This document shows positions 28,013 through 36,800 of a stretch of DNA of 64,000 bases, piece by piece; the first letter of the stretch is position 1; each line of letters begins with the position of its first letter. The stretch is taken from positions 15,394-79,393 of the forward strand of contig JANYBM010000103.1 of the NCBI GenBank assembly GCA_025361125.1. Reading direction: 5' to 3'. This DNA comes from Holophagaceae bacterium (GTDB lineage: Bacteria; Acidobacteriota; Holophagae; Holophagales; Holophagaceae). Both the position numbers and the translations under genes were made by a program. Below the pieces are notes generated by a model. It saw only the letters and a list, made by a program, of their open reading frames with translations, had not been told where the DNA came from and did no database searches.

Positions 28013-28737
28013 AACCCCTGGTTCTGCTGGCTCCATCAGAAGACAAGGCAAAGGGCGGACACACCGGAAAACTGAGCGAGACGGTCGGGCAAAAATGGGT
28101 ACGGGAAAAGCTGGTGGAGTTGGTGGTTCATGGGGGCCCGGGCGCCTGTTCAAAGGCATTTGGAGTCAAGGGTGGATCGCTTGAGAAAGCCCGCGAAGAA
28201 GCCTTGGCTTTGCGCCATCCGGTGCCCTTGATGCCTGCCCTGGAACGCTACCAGGGTGTCGCCTTCGGCGCTCTGGATGCCGCTTCATTACCAAAGGAAT
28301 CTTGGAAGCAGGTTTTTATTCTCTCGAATCTGCGCGGGTTGGTGCGTGGCGATGAACTGGTGCCACCCTACAAACTGAAGCTGGGTGGAATTCCAAGGCT
28401 CAAGGCGCATTGGCAACTGCATCTGAAATCCCTGCTGGATACGATTCCCAAAGGCCCGATTTGGGAACTCCTGCCAAATGAACACGCGGATTTATTGAAG
28501 AGCTGGGAGCGCCCCCGGCATACGCTTGAAATCGTGAATGAAGAGGGCAGCACCATCAGTCACTACTCCAAGCTTTACCGCGGCCTCGTAGCCCGGTGGA
28601 TCCTGGAACATCAGCAAGGCGATCCAGCCAAGGTGGTCCGTGGCAAGATCGCAGCTTGCCGGTGGGATGGAGAAGCGGAAAATGCCTGGGGTGGAATCAT
28701 GCTGAGATTGGTAGTCTTTATAGGAGCTGGAGCATGA
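28009..28737 (+). CDS. yaaA: YaaA-family (DUF328/UPF0246) peroxide-stress protein
   Basis: LLAPSEDK N-terminus, ERYQGVAFGALD, LRGLVRGDELVPPYKLKLG and HYSKLYRGLVARWI follow the YaaA pattern. The GTG start overlaps the upstream stop (GTGA). Confidence 0.7.
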   Translation: MKPLVLLAPSEDKAKGGHTGKLSETVGQKWVREKLVELVVHGGPGACSKAFGVKGGSLEKAREEALALRHPVPLMPALERYQGVAFGALDAASLPKESWKQVFILSNLRGLVRGDELVPPYKLKLGGIPRLKAHWQLHLKSLLDTIPKGPIWELLPNEHADLLKSWERPRHTLEIVNEEGSTISHYSKLYRGLVARWILEHQQGDPAKVVRGKIAACRWDGEAENAWGGIMLRLVVFIGAGA

Positions 28738-29504
28738 ACTGCGGCTCTGGGAAACCCATCTTCTTTCAGCGCCAACCGATGCTTCCACTGCCGGTGCAGC
28801 GGCTCTTGAGATTAAGGTTGGAAGCGGCCCTTGAAGATCCCAAAGATCGTGCTTTGCTCGTTTGGCCCACGGTCCTGGGCGCTCCAAAATTGCGCCAGGA
28901 TCATCCTGACGGCATCCCAGAAACAGTGCTCTTTTCCCATGCCGTAAAAATGCTGCGGAACCTGGGCAATGAGGACCCAGAGGCTACTTGGCGGGAGGGA
29001 ATGACTCGTTTTCCTGAAACCGCCGAGAGGGGGGAAACGGGCTTCAAACCCCATAGTGATTGGGGTTCCCTTGGACCACTGGTGAGTTTGCGCTGTGGTG
29101 TGGCCCTGTCTGCGCTGACAGAACTTTCAGTGGATGCAAGCTATGGATTAAAGGCAGGATTGGTGCTCTTCAACAGCTCGCTCTATCACGAGACTCACGA
29201 CGCGCTGGAAATGATCTGGAAGAATGGGCTCGGCGATCTGAGGGAAGGGTTGCAGGGCCTCATTTTGATGACCGCGGGCTATCACCATTTGCAGCTTCAA
29301 AATAGAAGCGGGATGAAAGCCGTGTGGGAAGAATCCATAAAGCGTCTGCATGCATTTGGTGGGCTGCTAGACACTCCCTGGGGCAAGGTGGATTATCGCG
29401 ATGCGATTCAACTGACCCGGGAACGTGAAGCGTACCTTGACCTTGGAAGCAATGACTTTGAGCCACTCTGGGCCATGCCCGTGCCGCGATGGGAGCTGTC
29501 ATGA
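28734..29504 (+). CDS. DUF309 domain-containing protein
   Basis: The internal ATG at 28734 overlaps the yaaA stop (ATGA). LFNSSLYHETHDALEMIWK matches the DUF309 FN.g.y.EaHe.lE..W pattern. Confidence 0.5.
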   Translation: MNCGSGKPIFFQRQPMLPLPVQRLLRLRLEAALEDPKDRALLVWPTVLGAPKLRQDHPDGIPETVLFSHAVKMLRNLGNEDPEATWREGMTRFPETAERGETGFKPHSDWGSLGPLVSLRCGVALSALTELSVDASYGLKAGLVLFNSSLYHETHDALEMIWKNGLGDLREGLQGLILMTAGYHHLQLQNRSGMKAVWEESIKRLHAFGGLLDTPWGKVDYRDAIQLTREREAYLDLGSNDFEPLWAMPVPRWELS

Positions 29505-31072
29505 TCAGGTGCGATGTACTGGTATTAGGCGCGGGAATTGCAGGATGCGTATCTGCGCTGCGGGCAGCGGACCTTGGTGCGGATGTGGTGTTGGTGTCCA
29601 AGGACACCCTGGGCATGACCAACACCTCTTGGGCTCAAGGAGGGATCATTGGTCTTCCGGGTGAAGCCGAACACGATTCACCTTCATTGTTGGCCTCGGA
29701 CATCGAGGCGGCTGGTGCCGGCCTTTGCCGTCATGAAGCCGTGCAGATGTTGGCGGAAACAGGGCCAAGCCTATGCCGGGACTTTCTTTGGAATCGCCTC
29801 GGCGTGCCCTTTGACCAGAACAGCGAAGGCGTGCCGGATCCCACCAGGGAAGCAGCTCATAGTGCCAAGCGCATCTACCACGCTAAAGACGCTACTGGCC
29901 GGGTCATTCAGGAAACGCTGAATGAGGCCGTGAGCACACATCCACGCATCCGTGTGCTGGAAAACCGCATGTTGGTAGATTTGCTGGCGATGCCCCATCA
30001 CGCTGCGGACCCCCTAAAGGTTTATGACCCGATGCATGTGTGGGGTGCCTATCTTTTTAGTGAAACCACGGGCAATGTGACCACTGCCATCGCTAAGCGC
30101 ACTGTGCTCGCCACCGGTGGTCTGGGTTACCTCTACTTGCACACGACCAATCCGGCGTCGGCCACGGGCGATGGCCTTGCAGCGGCCTATCGGGCCACGG
30201 CGCGTATCGTCAATTGCGAATATGAGCAGTTTCATCCCACCGCCCTTTATGTGCCGGGCAAGCCTCGAATGCTTCTGACAGAGGCTCTGCGCGGGGAAGG
30301 TGCCCATCTCGTGAACCGTAAAGGTGAACGATTCATGCAGAAATATGCACCGGAGCAGATGGAGCTGGCACCCCGGGACGTGGTGAGTCGGGCCATCTTC
30401 CAAGAGTTGGCCACCAGTGGCGACGCTTCGGTTTATCTGGATTTGCGACCTTTGAAGGCCAAGCTGGACATTGAGGAACACTTTCCCACGGTCTTTGCCG
30501 CTTGCATCGCGGAGGGCCTGGACCCCCTGCGTCAACCCATTCCCGTGGTACCTGCGGCGCATTATTTCTGTGGGGGCGTGTTGGTGGACTTGGATGGGCG
30601 CTCTTCCTTGCCGGGGCTTTACGCCGCAGGCGAGGTGGCCTGCACGGGGCTGCACGGCGCGAATAGGCTGGCTTCCACCTCGTTACTGGAAGGCCTGGTC
30701 TGGGGCTATCGCGCCGCAGACGCGATCCATGCTGAACTGCAGCACATCGATCAACCTGCTACCCATGAGTTCACTGCATGGCAGCCTTCTAAACATTCTG
30801 AAAGCCCCGATCCATTACTGGTGGAACAGGACTGGAACTTGATCCGAACCACACTCTGGAACTATGCCGGCATCATCCGAAGCGGGGCCCGATTGGAACG
30901 GGGCCATGCCGATATGAGCTACTTGTACCACCGCCTCGAGCGTTTCTATCGTGAAGCGCCCCTCTCCCGGCGGATCATGGAACTGCGCAGCGCGATCATC
31001 TGCGCCCGACTGATCCTCAAAGCCGCGCTCCTGAATAAAGAGAGCCGCGGCTGTCATTACCGGGTGGATTGA
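29501..31072 (+). CDS. nadB: L-aspartate oxidase
   Basis: MIRCDVLVLGAGIAG (FAD-binding motif), HYFCGGV and LYAAGEVACTGLHGANRLASTSLLE. Start placed at ATG 29501, which overlaps the upstream stop (ATGA); the ORF-track start is 29489. Confidence 0.9.
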   Translation: MIRCDVLVLGAGIAGCVSALRAADLGADVVLVSKDTLGMTNTSWAQGGIIGLPGEAEHDSPSLLASDIEAAGAGLCRHEAVQMLAETGPSLCRDFLWNRLGVPFDQNSEGVPDPTREAAHSAKRIYHAKDATGRVIQETLNEAVSTHPRIRVLENRMLVDLLAMPHHAADPLKVYDPMHVWGAYLFSETTGNVTTAIAKRTVLATGGLGYLYLHTTNPASATGDGLAAAYRATARIVNCEYEQFHPTALYVPGKPRMLLTEALRGEGAHLVNRKGERFMQKYAPEQMELAPRDVVSRAIFQELATSGDASVYLDLRPLKAKLDIEEHFPTVFAACIAEGLDPLRQPIPVVPAAHYFCGGVLVDLDGRSSLPGLYAAGEVACTGLHGANRLASTSLLEGLVWGYRAADAIHAELQHIDQPATHEFTAWQPSKHSESPDPLLVEQDWNLIRTTLWNYAGIIRSGARLERGHADMSYLYHRLERFYREAPLSRRIMELRSAIICARLILKAALLNKESRGCHYRVD

Positions 31073-31076
31073 ACAG

Positions 31077-31697
31077 CTAGATCGGCCAAGGACCTGCGCC
31101 TTCGCGCACCAGCACGGGCTCTTCGCCAGTAAGGTCAATAATGGTGCTGCCCAGACCGATGGGCTGACCGCAATCAATCACCATGTCGAGGGCATGGCCC
31201 AGCTCTTCCTCGATCTCCCAGGCTGAGTTCAACGTGGCTTCCCCGCTCACATTGCAGCTGGTAGTGATGATGGGTTCTCCCAGCAGCTTCGAAAGCTCGT
31301 GGCAAAACGGGTGGTCGGGGATGCGGAGGCCCACTATGGGGTGGGCTTTACCCTTTCCTTTGGATTCCAGATACCTGGGAACTTCGTGATTCGCGGGCAA
31401 CAGGGCGGTGTAGGGACCCGGAAACATCTGCTTCAAAAGGCGGAAAGTGGGTGTGTCGAGATGGCGGGTGTAACGGCACAGCATTTCGAAATCCGCGCAT
31501 AAAATGCTCATGGGTTTTTTGGGGTCGCGGCCTTTGAGGGATTGAATGCGGCTTACCGCTTTCTTGCGTGAGGCCAGGCACCCTAGGCCGAACAGCGTGT
31601 CCGTAGGATAGGCAATGACGCCATCCTTCAGCAACAAGTCCGCGATCCGTTGCAACTGCCGTTCTTGGGGGTTATCCGGGTGAAGAGTAAGAATCAT
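31077..31697 (-). CDS. tsaC: L-threonylcarbamoyladenylate synthase (YrdC/TsaC family)
   Basis: GVIAYPTDTLFGLGC, KGRDPKKPMSIL and TTSCNVSGE are YrdC-domain signatures. 206 aa. Confidence 0.8.
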   Translation of the reverse strand: MILTLHPDNPQERQLQRIADLLLKDGVIAYPTDTLFGLGCLASRKKAVSRIQSLKGRDPKKPMSILCADFEMLCRYTRHLDTPTFRLLKQMFPGPYTALLPANHEVPRYLESKGKGKAHPIVGLRIPDHPFCHELSKLLGEPIITTSCNVSGEATLNSAWEIEEELGHALDMVIDCGQPIGLGSTIIDLTGEEPVLVREGAGPWPI

Positions 31698-32386
31698 GGC
31701 TGGCTATCCAAAAGCCTGTTCCAGCGATCTCTTCCAGCACTGGGATGTTCACCCGTGGTTTGGAAGAAACGTTCAGCAAGCATAGGGTCCATGATCGCCG
31801 TAACACCGCTCCGGCGCGCGTTCAGAGTGAGTAGTGCCACAACGCTAAGCCCGTCGCTGATCTCGCCGGACAAAACGCGCTGGAGGCATTGTTGAAAGGT
31901 TTCACGATGAATTGCCAATTCTTCATCTTCTTCCGCATGGTGGATACCACCTGCACTATGCAGGTCAGTAGCAAGAAAAAGGAAGGCTTCTTCATCAGTA
32001 CTTGAATTGCTGGGATGAAAGTGGGCCAATGGCTCCCAAGAATCTGCTTCGAGATCCGCTTCTTCGGCAAGTTCACGGCGGATGGCAGCAAAGGGACTCT
32101 CATGCTCCTCGCCTCCACCTTCTGGGATCTCCCAGCTGTACTGTTCCAGCGGGTAGCGCCATTGACCCACCAGGATCACTCGGTCTTCAGCATCCAATGC
32201 CAGGACTCCGCATGCGGAACGCTTGAAGCCGCACACCGCATAGTGGCCCGCCCGGCCACGGCGATGGCGGAAGCGATCCTCGCGCAATCGCAGCCATGGC
32301 GAATCGTACAGCGCCTTGCGCTCCAGAACAGCGTAGGGATTCGGCTTGGCGGGGATGGGTAGAGGGGGCAGCTTCATGTCTCTCAT
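31694..32386 (-). CDS. NUDIX hydrolase (ADP-ribose pyrophosphatase-like)
   Basis: Nudix box GGGEEHESPFAAIRRELAEEADL. The stop overlaps the tsaC start by 4 nt. Confidence 0.75.
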   Translation of the reverse strand: MRDMKLPPLPIPAKPNPYAVLERKALYDSPWLRLREDRFRHRRGRAGHYAVCGFKRSACGVLALDAEDRVILVGQWRYPLEQYSWEIPEGGGEEHESPFAAIRRELAEEADLEADSWEPLAHFHPSNSSTDEEAFLFLATDLHSAGGIHHAEEDEELAIHRETFQQCLQRVLSGEISDGLSVVALLTLNARRSGVTAIMDPMLAERFFQTTGEHPSAGRDRWNRLLDSQP

Positions 32387-32391
32387 TAAAG

Positions 32392-32416
32392 CAAAAACGC
32401 CCGCATCTGCGGGCGT
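32392..32416 (-). terminator. Rho-independent terminator downstream of rpsO
   Basis: On the minus strand: ACGCCCGC-AGAT-GCGGGCGT followed by TTTTT. Confidence 0.8.
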
Positions 32417-32434
32417 TTCGAACAGGGGGGAAAG

Positions 32435-32704
32435 TTAGCGGCGAAGTCCGAGACGCTCGATGACGGTGGCGTAACGAGCCTTATCCTTGCGCTTCAAGTA
32501 ATCAAGAAGGCGGCGGCGCTGACCCACCATGATCATCAAGCCACGGCGGCTGTGGTAATCCTTCGAGTGGATCTTGAAATGCTCCGTCAGATCATTGATG
32601 CGCTTTGTGAGCAAAGCCACCTGGACCTCGGGAGAACCCGTGTCCGTGGCGTGCTGCTTGTAATCTTCGATGATGATGGTCTTTTGCTCTAGCGTGAGGG
32701 CCAT
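32435..32704 (-). CDS. rpsO: 30S ribosomal protein S15
   Basis: [74 protein letters not shown]. Start at the internal ATG. Confidence 0.95.
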   Translation of the reverse strand: MALTLEQKTIIIEDYKQHATDTGSPEVQVALLTKRINDLTEHFKIHSKDYHSRRGLMIMVGQRRRLLDYLKRKDKARYATVIERLGLRR

Positions 32705-32835
32705 GGTTGGCTCCTTTTCGGGGGTGTCTCCCGTCACCATCCTTGCAGCCCCGTGCGCCGCTTGGTGGTCAAAGTCCGGAGGAGGCCGGACGCCAGTTGT
32801 TGGCTATTTATTTTCGCGTGGAACGCGGAAATAAA

Positions 32836-32921
32836 TGGTGCGGATAGAGGGAGTCGAACCCCCACGTCTTTTGAACACTAATACCTGAAACTAGCGCGTC
32901 TACCAATTCCGCCATATCCGC
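32836..32921 (-). tRNA. tRNA-Leu (anticodon CAG)
   Basis: Reverse complement GCGGATATGGCGGAATTGGTAGACGCGCTAGTTTCAGGTATTAGTGTTCAAAAGACGTGGGGGTTCGACTCCCTCTATCCGCACCA. It has a long variable arm and is near-identical in the D and anticodon arms to E. coli tRNA-Leu(CAG). Confidence 0.95.
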
Positions 32922-33114
32922 TTCAAAGATCTCATCCGTTCCCCAAAGGGTGACGAAAAGACGAAACTCAAGCCTAGCGTGGGCCTCGATCTGCATCAAG
33001 CGGAAATGCTGAGACCTCAGGGGCGGGTCCCCCGACCAAGAGGTGGGGGGTCCTGAGGGGGACGTAGTGAGCGAAGCGAACAGGCGGTCCCCTTCGGATA
33101 TATATCTCGGAAGC

Positions 33115-33570
33115 TCACCAGTGTGAGTAGGCAATGTTGTTCATCCCAGTCCCTCTGGCCTGACTGTATACGTCAAAGACGTTGCCCCCGCCCCAACTCG
33201 TGCTGTTGGCTTCGTCGTTGATGGAACGCAGCCCCCACTCAGAGTGGCCCGTGAAGGGGTCCACGGGAACGCGGCGCAAGAAGCGGATCTTTCCGGTCAG
33301 GGATCCATTGGCTTGGGCACCTTCCACAAGCAGATCCAGGGATTCTGGATACCCCATGTTCTCGGGTGGGGGAGGCTTGATCCGCTGCTGGTCTACCGCG
33401 AGTTTATAGGCGTCTATGGCCATGCGCATCTCGCGAAGGTCACGGCGCAATTCCAATTCCTTTTGGCGTTTGATCCCATTTTTAGCCATGGGAATCACCG
33501 CTGATGCCAAGATCATCAGCACCGTGCAAGTGATCAATAACTCCATCAGCGTGAAGGCGCGCTGAGCCAT
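33115..33570 (-). CDS. GspG-like pseudopilin (prepilin-type N-terminal cleavage/methylation domain)
   Basis: MAQRA/FTLMELLITCTVLMILASAVIP, then a GspG-type body (...AIDAYKL..., ...LRRVPVDPFTG..W). A longer ORF with a GTG start at 33633 overlaps the secretin stop by 1 nt and cannot be excluded. Confidence 0.7.
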   Translation of the reverse strand: MAQRAFTLMELLITCTVLMILASAVIPMAKNGIKRQKELELRRDLREMRMAIDAYKLAVDQQRIKPPPPENMGYPESLDLLVEGAQANGSLTGKIRFLRRVPVDPFTGHSEWGLRSINDEANSTSWGGGNVFDVYSQARGTGMNNIAYSHW

Positions 33571-33632
33571 TCCATTACCCCGGCGCCTAGGCGTTTTCGG
33601 CGCGTGAATGGTCATCAACCCAAGCTTGGCCA

Positions 33633-36056
33633 CTAATTCACCGTCACCAAAGCGTTGACCCAGCGTCCGGGGATGGGGTTTTTACCCAACATGAAGGTTC
33701 CGCTCTGGATGAGAACCGGAGCATTGCCTGGGGTCAGTGCCTCGACTTGAAGCATCAGCAGGGCGCCACTATCTACAGAGGCCGTGGCCTTTTTGAAAGT
33801 CACCGTGACAGCACCATCTTTTCCTGGCTTTTGCTCAAGAGAGCCGCCATCGGTCGTGAGGAAATCTCCAGGCGCAATGGAGATGAGTTTCAGCTTGGGA
33901 TCAATGATCAGATTGAAAGTCCCCGAAGTGAGACCCTTGGCGCTGCTGGCATTCAGTGTGATCTGGAGCTTCTCCCCCTTGCTTAGTGTTTCAGAATAGG
34001 GCGACATGAAAAAGACCAGGTCAGCATTGTCGTCCGAAGCTTTTACTTCCGTCGCCCTGAGGACGGGCGTGATCTCAGTCTTGGCATCGGGTATTAATTC
34101 CGGCTTGGCATTACCTCTCGCGTTGCTTTTGGACGGTGAAGGCACCGGCATTGCCTCCGGTGGAGGTACTCCCGTGCCTGCGGGTGGAGTCTTGGGGGGA
34201 GTTACGGGTGCAACGGGTACTACGGGTATTGCAGGCGCAACCGATTTTTTCGTTCCCAGCTCCTTATCCAGATTCAACTCCGGTGAAGGGGCTTCAGGAA
34301 CCTCTGTGAAAGGACCAGCCTTGCTGGTGGCGAGATCTGGATCAAAAGCTTCGAAATCTTCCTTGGTGTAGCTCGGTTTGCGTACGAGAACCGTGCGGAT
34401 GGTAAGCAGCACATCAGTCTTGGCTTTGTTTTTTCGAGTATTGCCCAAGAGCTTGCCGAGAATCGGGATATCAGTGATACCCCAAATGCCTTGAAGACTC
34501 TTTTGCTCTTCCTCCTTCAGCAGTCCTCCAAATACGGCGGTTTCACCATCGCGAAGGCGTGCCATGGTCTTGATCTCACGCTTGCCAAGATCAGGGCGAC
34601 CCGGCGTGGAAGCGGCTTTGAGGGTTGTGATCAAAGCTTCTATCTTCATGGTGATTTCGCCATTGTAATGAACGCGAGGCTCAACCTTGATCTTCACTCC
34701 CACGTCTTCGTAGTTGAACTGGGTCTGGGCACCACCTCCCAGAAGGCCGCCAAGACCGCCAAGGCCACCGGTTTGCCCCGTGGTGCTGGAGGGCAACGAA
34801 AGGGCGCTTTGGGTGACGGAAATTTTCTCGCCAATGTTCACTTCTCCGGTCTCACCACTCAGTACGCGGACATTGGGGCTAGCCACCAGCTTGGCGTCGC
34901 CGGTGCTTTTGAGCACATCCAGGGCAATGCTCGGGAAGAGGAAGCGCAAGTCAGCTTTGCTGATACGCAGAGCGCCCTTGTTCTGATTCAACCCACCTGT
35001 GTTGTCTATGGTTGCCCCCAGGCGGAAGACGCCTGCACCGCCACCCATGCCGTCCGTGGGAGAGATCACTGGCAACAGGCCCACTTGTTCTGCGCTGCTC
35101 TCAGTGACTTCCAGCAGCTCCATGTAGACCATCACTTCCGGCTTGGCCTTATCAAGCTGATTCACGATGTGCTCGGAGATGACCAGTTCGTTGGGCTTGG
35201 CCTTGATGGTCACCGCGTTAAGCCGTTTGTCCGTGAAGATCTTGAGCTGTGGAATGAGGGTTGAAAGGACCTGACGAACACCGTCCACTTCTGCGTTGCT
35301 CAAATAGAAGGTCTTGATCAGGTGGTTTTCATAGAGTTCCTTGTTCTGTGGATTGCTCTTGAAAATCATGATCGTTTTCTCGTCTATTTTTTTGTAGAAA
35401 AGGTCGTTCTGGAGCATCAGGGTGTCCAAGGCCTGCTGAAAACTGAGGCCCTGCATATCAATCTGGATTTGCATGTCCTGGAAGGATGAATGGGGAATGA
35501 TATTCACCCCTGATGCCTTGCTCAGGATGGCAAAGATGTCCTTTAGGCTGGTCTTTTTCAGGAAGGTAAGGGAAATCCCTTCGATGGAGCGAGGATTCAA
35601 TTGCATTGGAGAAGAGGAATCCGCCTTGGCTTTGGCGCTTGTATAGTCCTCTGCTGATTCCTTGGCCTTACGCTGCTGTTCGTCCAGCTGCATTCGGGCC
35701 AGCGTATCCAGGGCGATGGCGTTATTGGGATCCAGGACCAAGGCGCGCTTCAGCTCCATGGCGGTCTCATCCAACTGCCCGCGCGATTCCAGCACCCGTG
35801 CCTTTTCAATGTGCTCCGTAGCCGCCAAGGGCGCTGCCCGGCGGTAGCCGTTTTTGGCCTGCACATTTCCCGGGTCCTTCCTCAGGATGGATTGATACTC
35901 ACGGGTCGCGTCTTCATAGCGTCCTTCAGAAAAAGCGTGGTTGGCGCGATGGAGGCTGCAGCCAAGACTCGCCACCAGTGCGGCAGCCACGAGGGCCAGG
36001 TGAAGGGTTTGAGCCATCTTGGGCGTGGTGAATCGGGGATTTCGGTTCAGGTGCAT
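33633..36056 (-). CDS. Secretin (PilQ/GspD family) with N-terminal lipobox+TPR region and C-terminal cohesin-like domain
   Basis: Lipobox LVASLGC, then TPR-like repeats (FSEGRYEDATREYQSILRKDPGNVQA..., ALVLDPNNAIALDTLARM). An N0/STN-like domain (ISLTFLKKTSLKDIFAILSKASGVNII) and the secretin core (LVASPNVRVLSGETGEVNIGEKISV...DVLLTIRTVLVRKP) follow. After a Pro-rich linker comes a beta-rich C-terminal module (GTFNLIIDPKLKLISIAPGDFLTTDGG...). Confidence 0.8.
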   Translation of the reverse strand: MHLNRNPRFTTPKMAQTLHLALVAAALVASLGCSLHRANHAFSEGRYEDATREYQSILRKDPGNVQAKNGYRRAAPLAATEHIEKARVLESRGQLDETAMELKRALVLDPNNAIALDTLARMQLDEQQRKAKESAEDYTSAKAKADSSSPMQLNPRSIEGISLTFLKKTSLKDIFAILSKASGVNIIPHSSFQDMQIQIDMQGLSFQQALDTLMLQNDLFYKKIDEKTIMIFKSNPQNKELYENHLIKTFYLSNAEVDGVRQVLSTLIPQLKIFTDKRLNAVTIKAKPNELVISEHIVNQLDKAKPEVMVYMELLEVTESSAEQVGLLPVISPTDGMGGGAGVFRLGATIDNTGGLNQNKGALRISKADLRFLFPSIALDVLKSTGDAKLVASPNVRVLSGETGEVNIGEKISVTQSALSLPSSTTGQTGGLGGLGGLLGGGAQTQFNYEDVGVKIKVEPRVHYNGEITMKIEALITTLKAASTPGRPDLGKREIKTMARLRDGETAVFGGLLKEEEQKSLQGIWGITDIPILGKLLGNTRKNKAKTDVLLTIRTVLVRKPSYTKEDFEAFDPDLATSKAGPFTEVPEAPSPELNLDKELGTKKSVAPAIPVVPVAPVTPPKTPPAGTGVPPPEAMPVPSPSKSNARGNAKPELIPDAKTEITPVLRATEVKASDDNADLVFFMSPYSETLSKGEKLQITLNASSAKGLTSGTFNLIIDPKLKLISIAPGDFLTTDGGSLEQKPGKDGAVTVTFKKATASVDSGALLMLQVEALTPGNAPVLIQSGTFMLGKNPIPGRWVNALVTVN

Positions 36057-36131
36057 GGGGCCATCCAGATTGTCAGGTGAGTCTTTGAGTGAGTTCAGTC
36101 AGTTGAATCGTTGAAAAGGACCAGTGGAAAC

Positions 36132-36800
36132 TTAAAAATCGTTGGTGACCTGCGTATTCGCACCGCCAGATCCCGCATAGTCGCGCGCTTCCAAGGCCAT
36201 TTTCATATCCACGTATTTGGTATTCTGGAATTCAGCCATCTTGTCCGTGAGTTTCACCAGCTTCCAGGTTGCTTTCTCGATGTGCCCAATCTGGAAAGTG
36301 AAAGGTTCATCACCCTTGAAGAATGCTCCGATGATGCCGGAGGTTTTAGTCTCCAAGAAACCGATGTAACGCAAGTACTGTGGCCGCGTAGAGAACTCGG
36401 CATCCCTGGCTGACTTTTCCGCCTCGGCCTTCAATTCCGCTTCGGTAGGCGGCGGTGGCGGTGGCGGTGGTGGTGGTGGTGGCAGTGGCGGGGGTGGGGG
36501 TCCTTCAAAAAGGAAGAGATCCCGATGCATCTTGGATTCGTTGGGCAGTTCGCCCGCCATATCCAGTTTCGCCAACTTCGGAAGATTTCCCAGCGCGTTC
36601 ATCTGCCGACTATCCAACCCTGCGGGCTGCGATAATCCAACACGGGTGGGTCCCGATTTCCGTTTCGGCGCGTCGGGCCATAACAACCAGGTAAGGATGC
36701 CCACGAAGGCCACCAGCGCGATTTGAGTCCGGCGATTGGTTTTTAATTCTAGCAGCAGGGCTTTGGAGTCCATACCTTTGGAAGGCGCGCCGTTACTCAT
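36132..36800 (-). CDS. PilP-position membrane-anchored protein with 18-residue polyproline tract
   Basis: N-terminal TM segment (RTQIALVAFVGILTWLLW), then PPPPPLPPPPPPPPPPPP, then a ~100-aa C-terminal beta-type domain. Assigned by position between the PilO-like gene and the secretin, with a 4-nt overlap upstream. Confidence 0.4.
   Translation of the reverse strand: MSNGAPSKGMDSKALLLELKTNRRTQIALVAFVGILTWLLWPDAPKRKSGPTRVGLSQPAGLDSRQMNALGNLPKLAKLDMAGELPNESKMHRDLFLFEGPPPPPLPPPPPPPPPPPPTEAELKAEAEKSARDAEFSTRPQYLRYIGFLETKTSGIIGAFFKGDEPFTFQIGHIEKATWKLVKLTDKMAEFQNTKYVDMKMALEARDYAGSGGANTQVTNDF

Noticed and set aside
32808-33134. 108-aa minus-strand ORF
   Set aside because: It spans the tRNA-Leu(CAG) gene and the structured spacer, so it is not protein coding.
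34491-35264. 257-aa plus-strand ORF inside the secretin gene
   Set aside because: It is antisense to a gene with a clear secretin core and has no motifs of its own.
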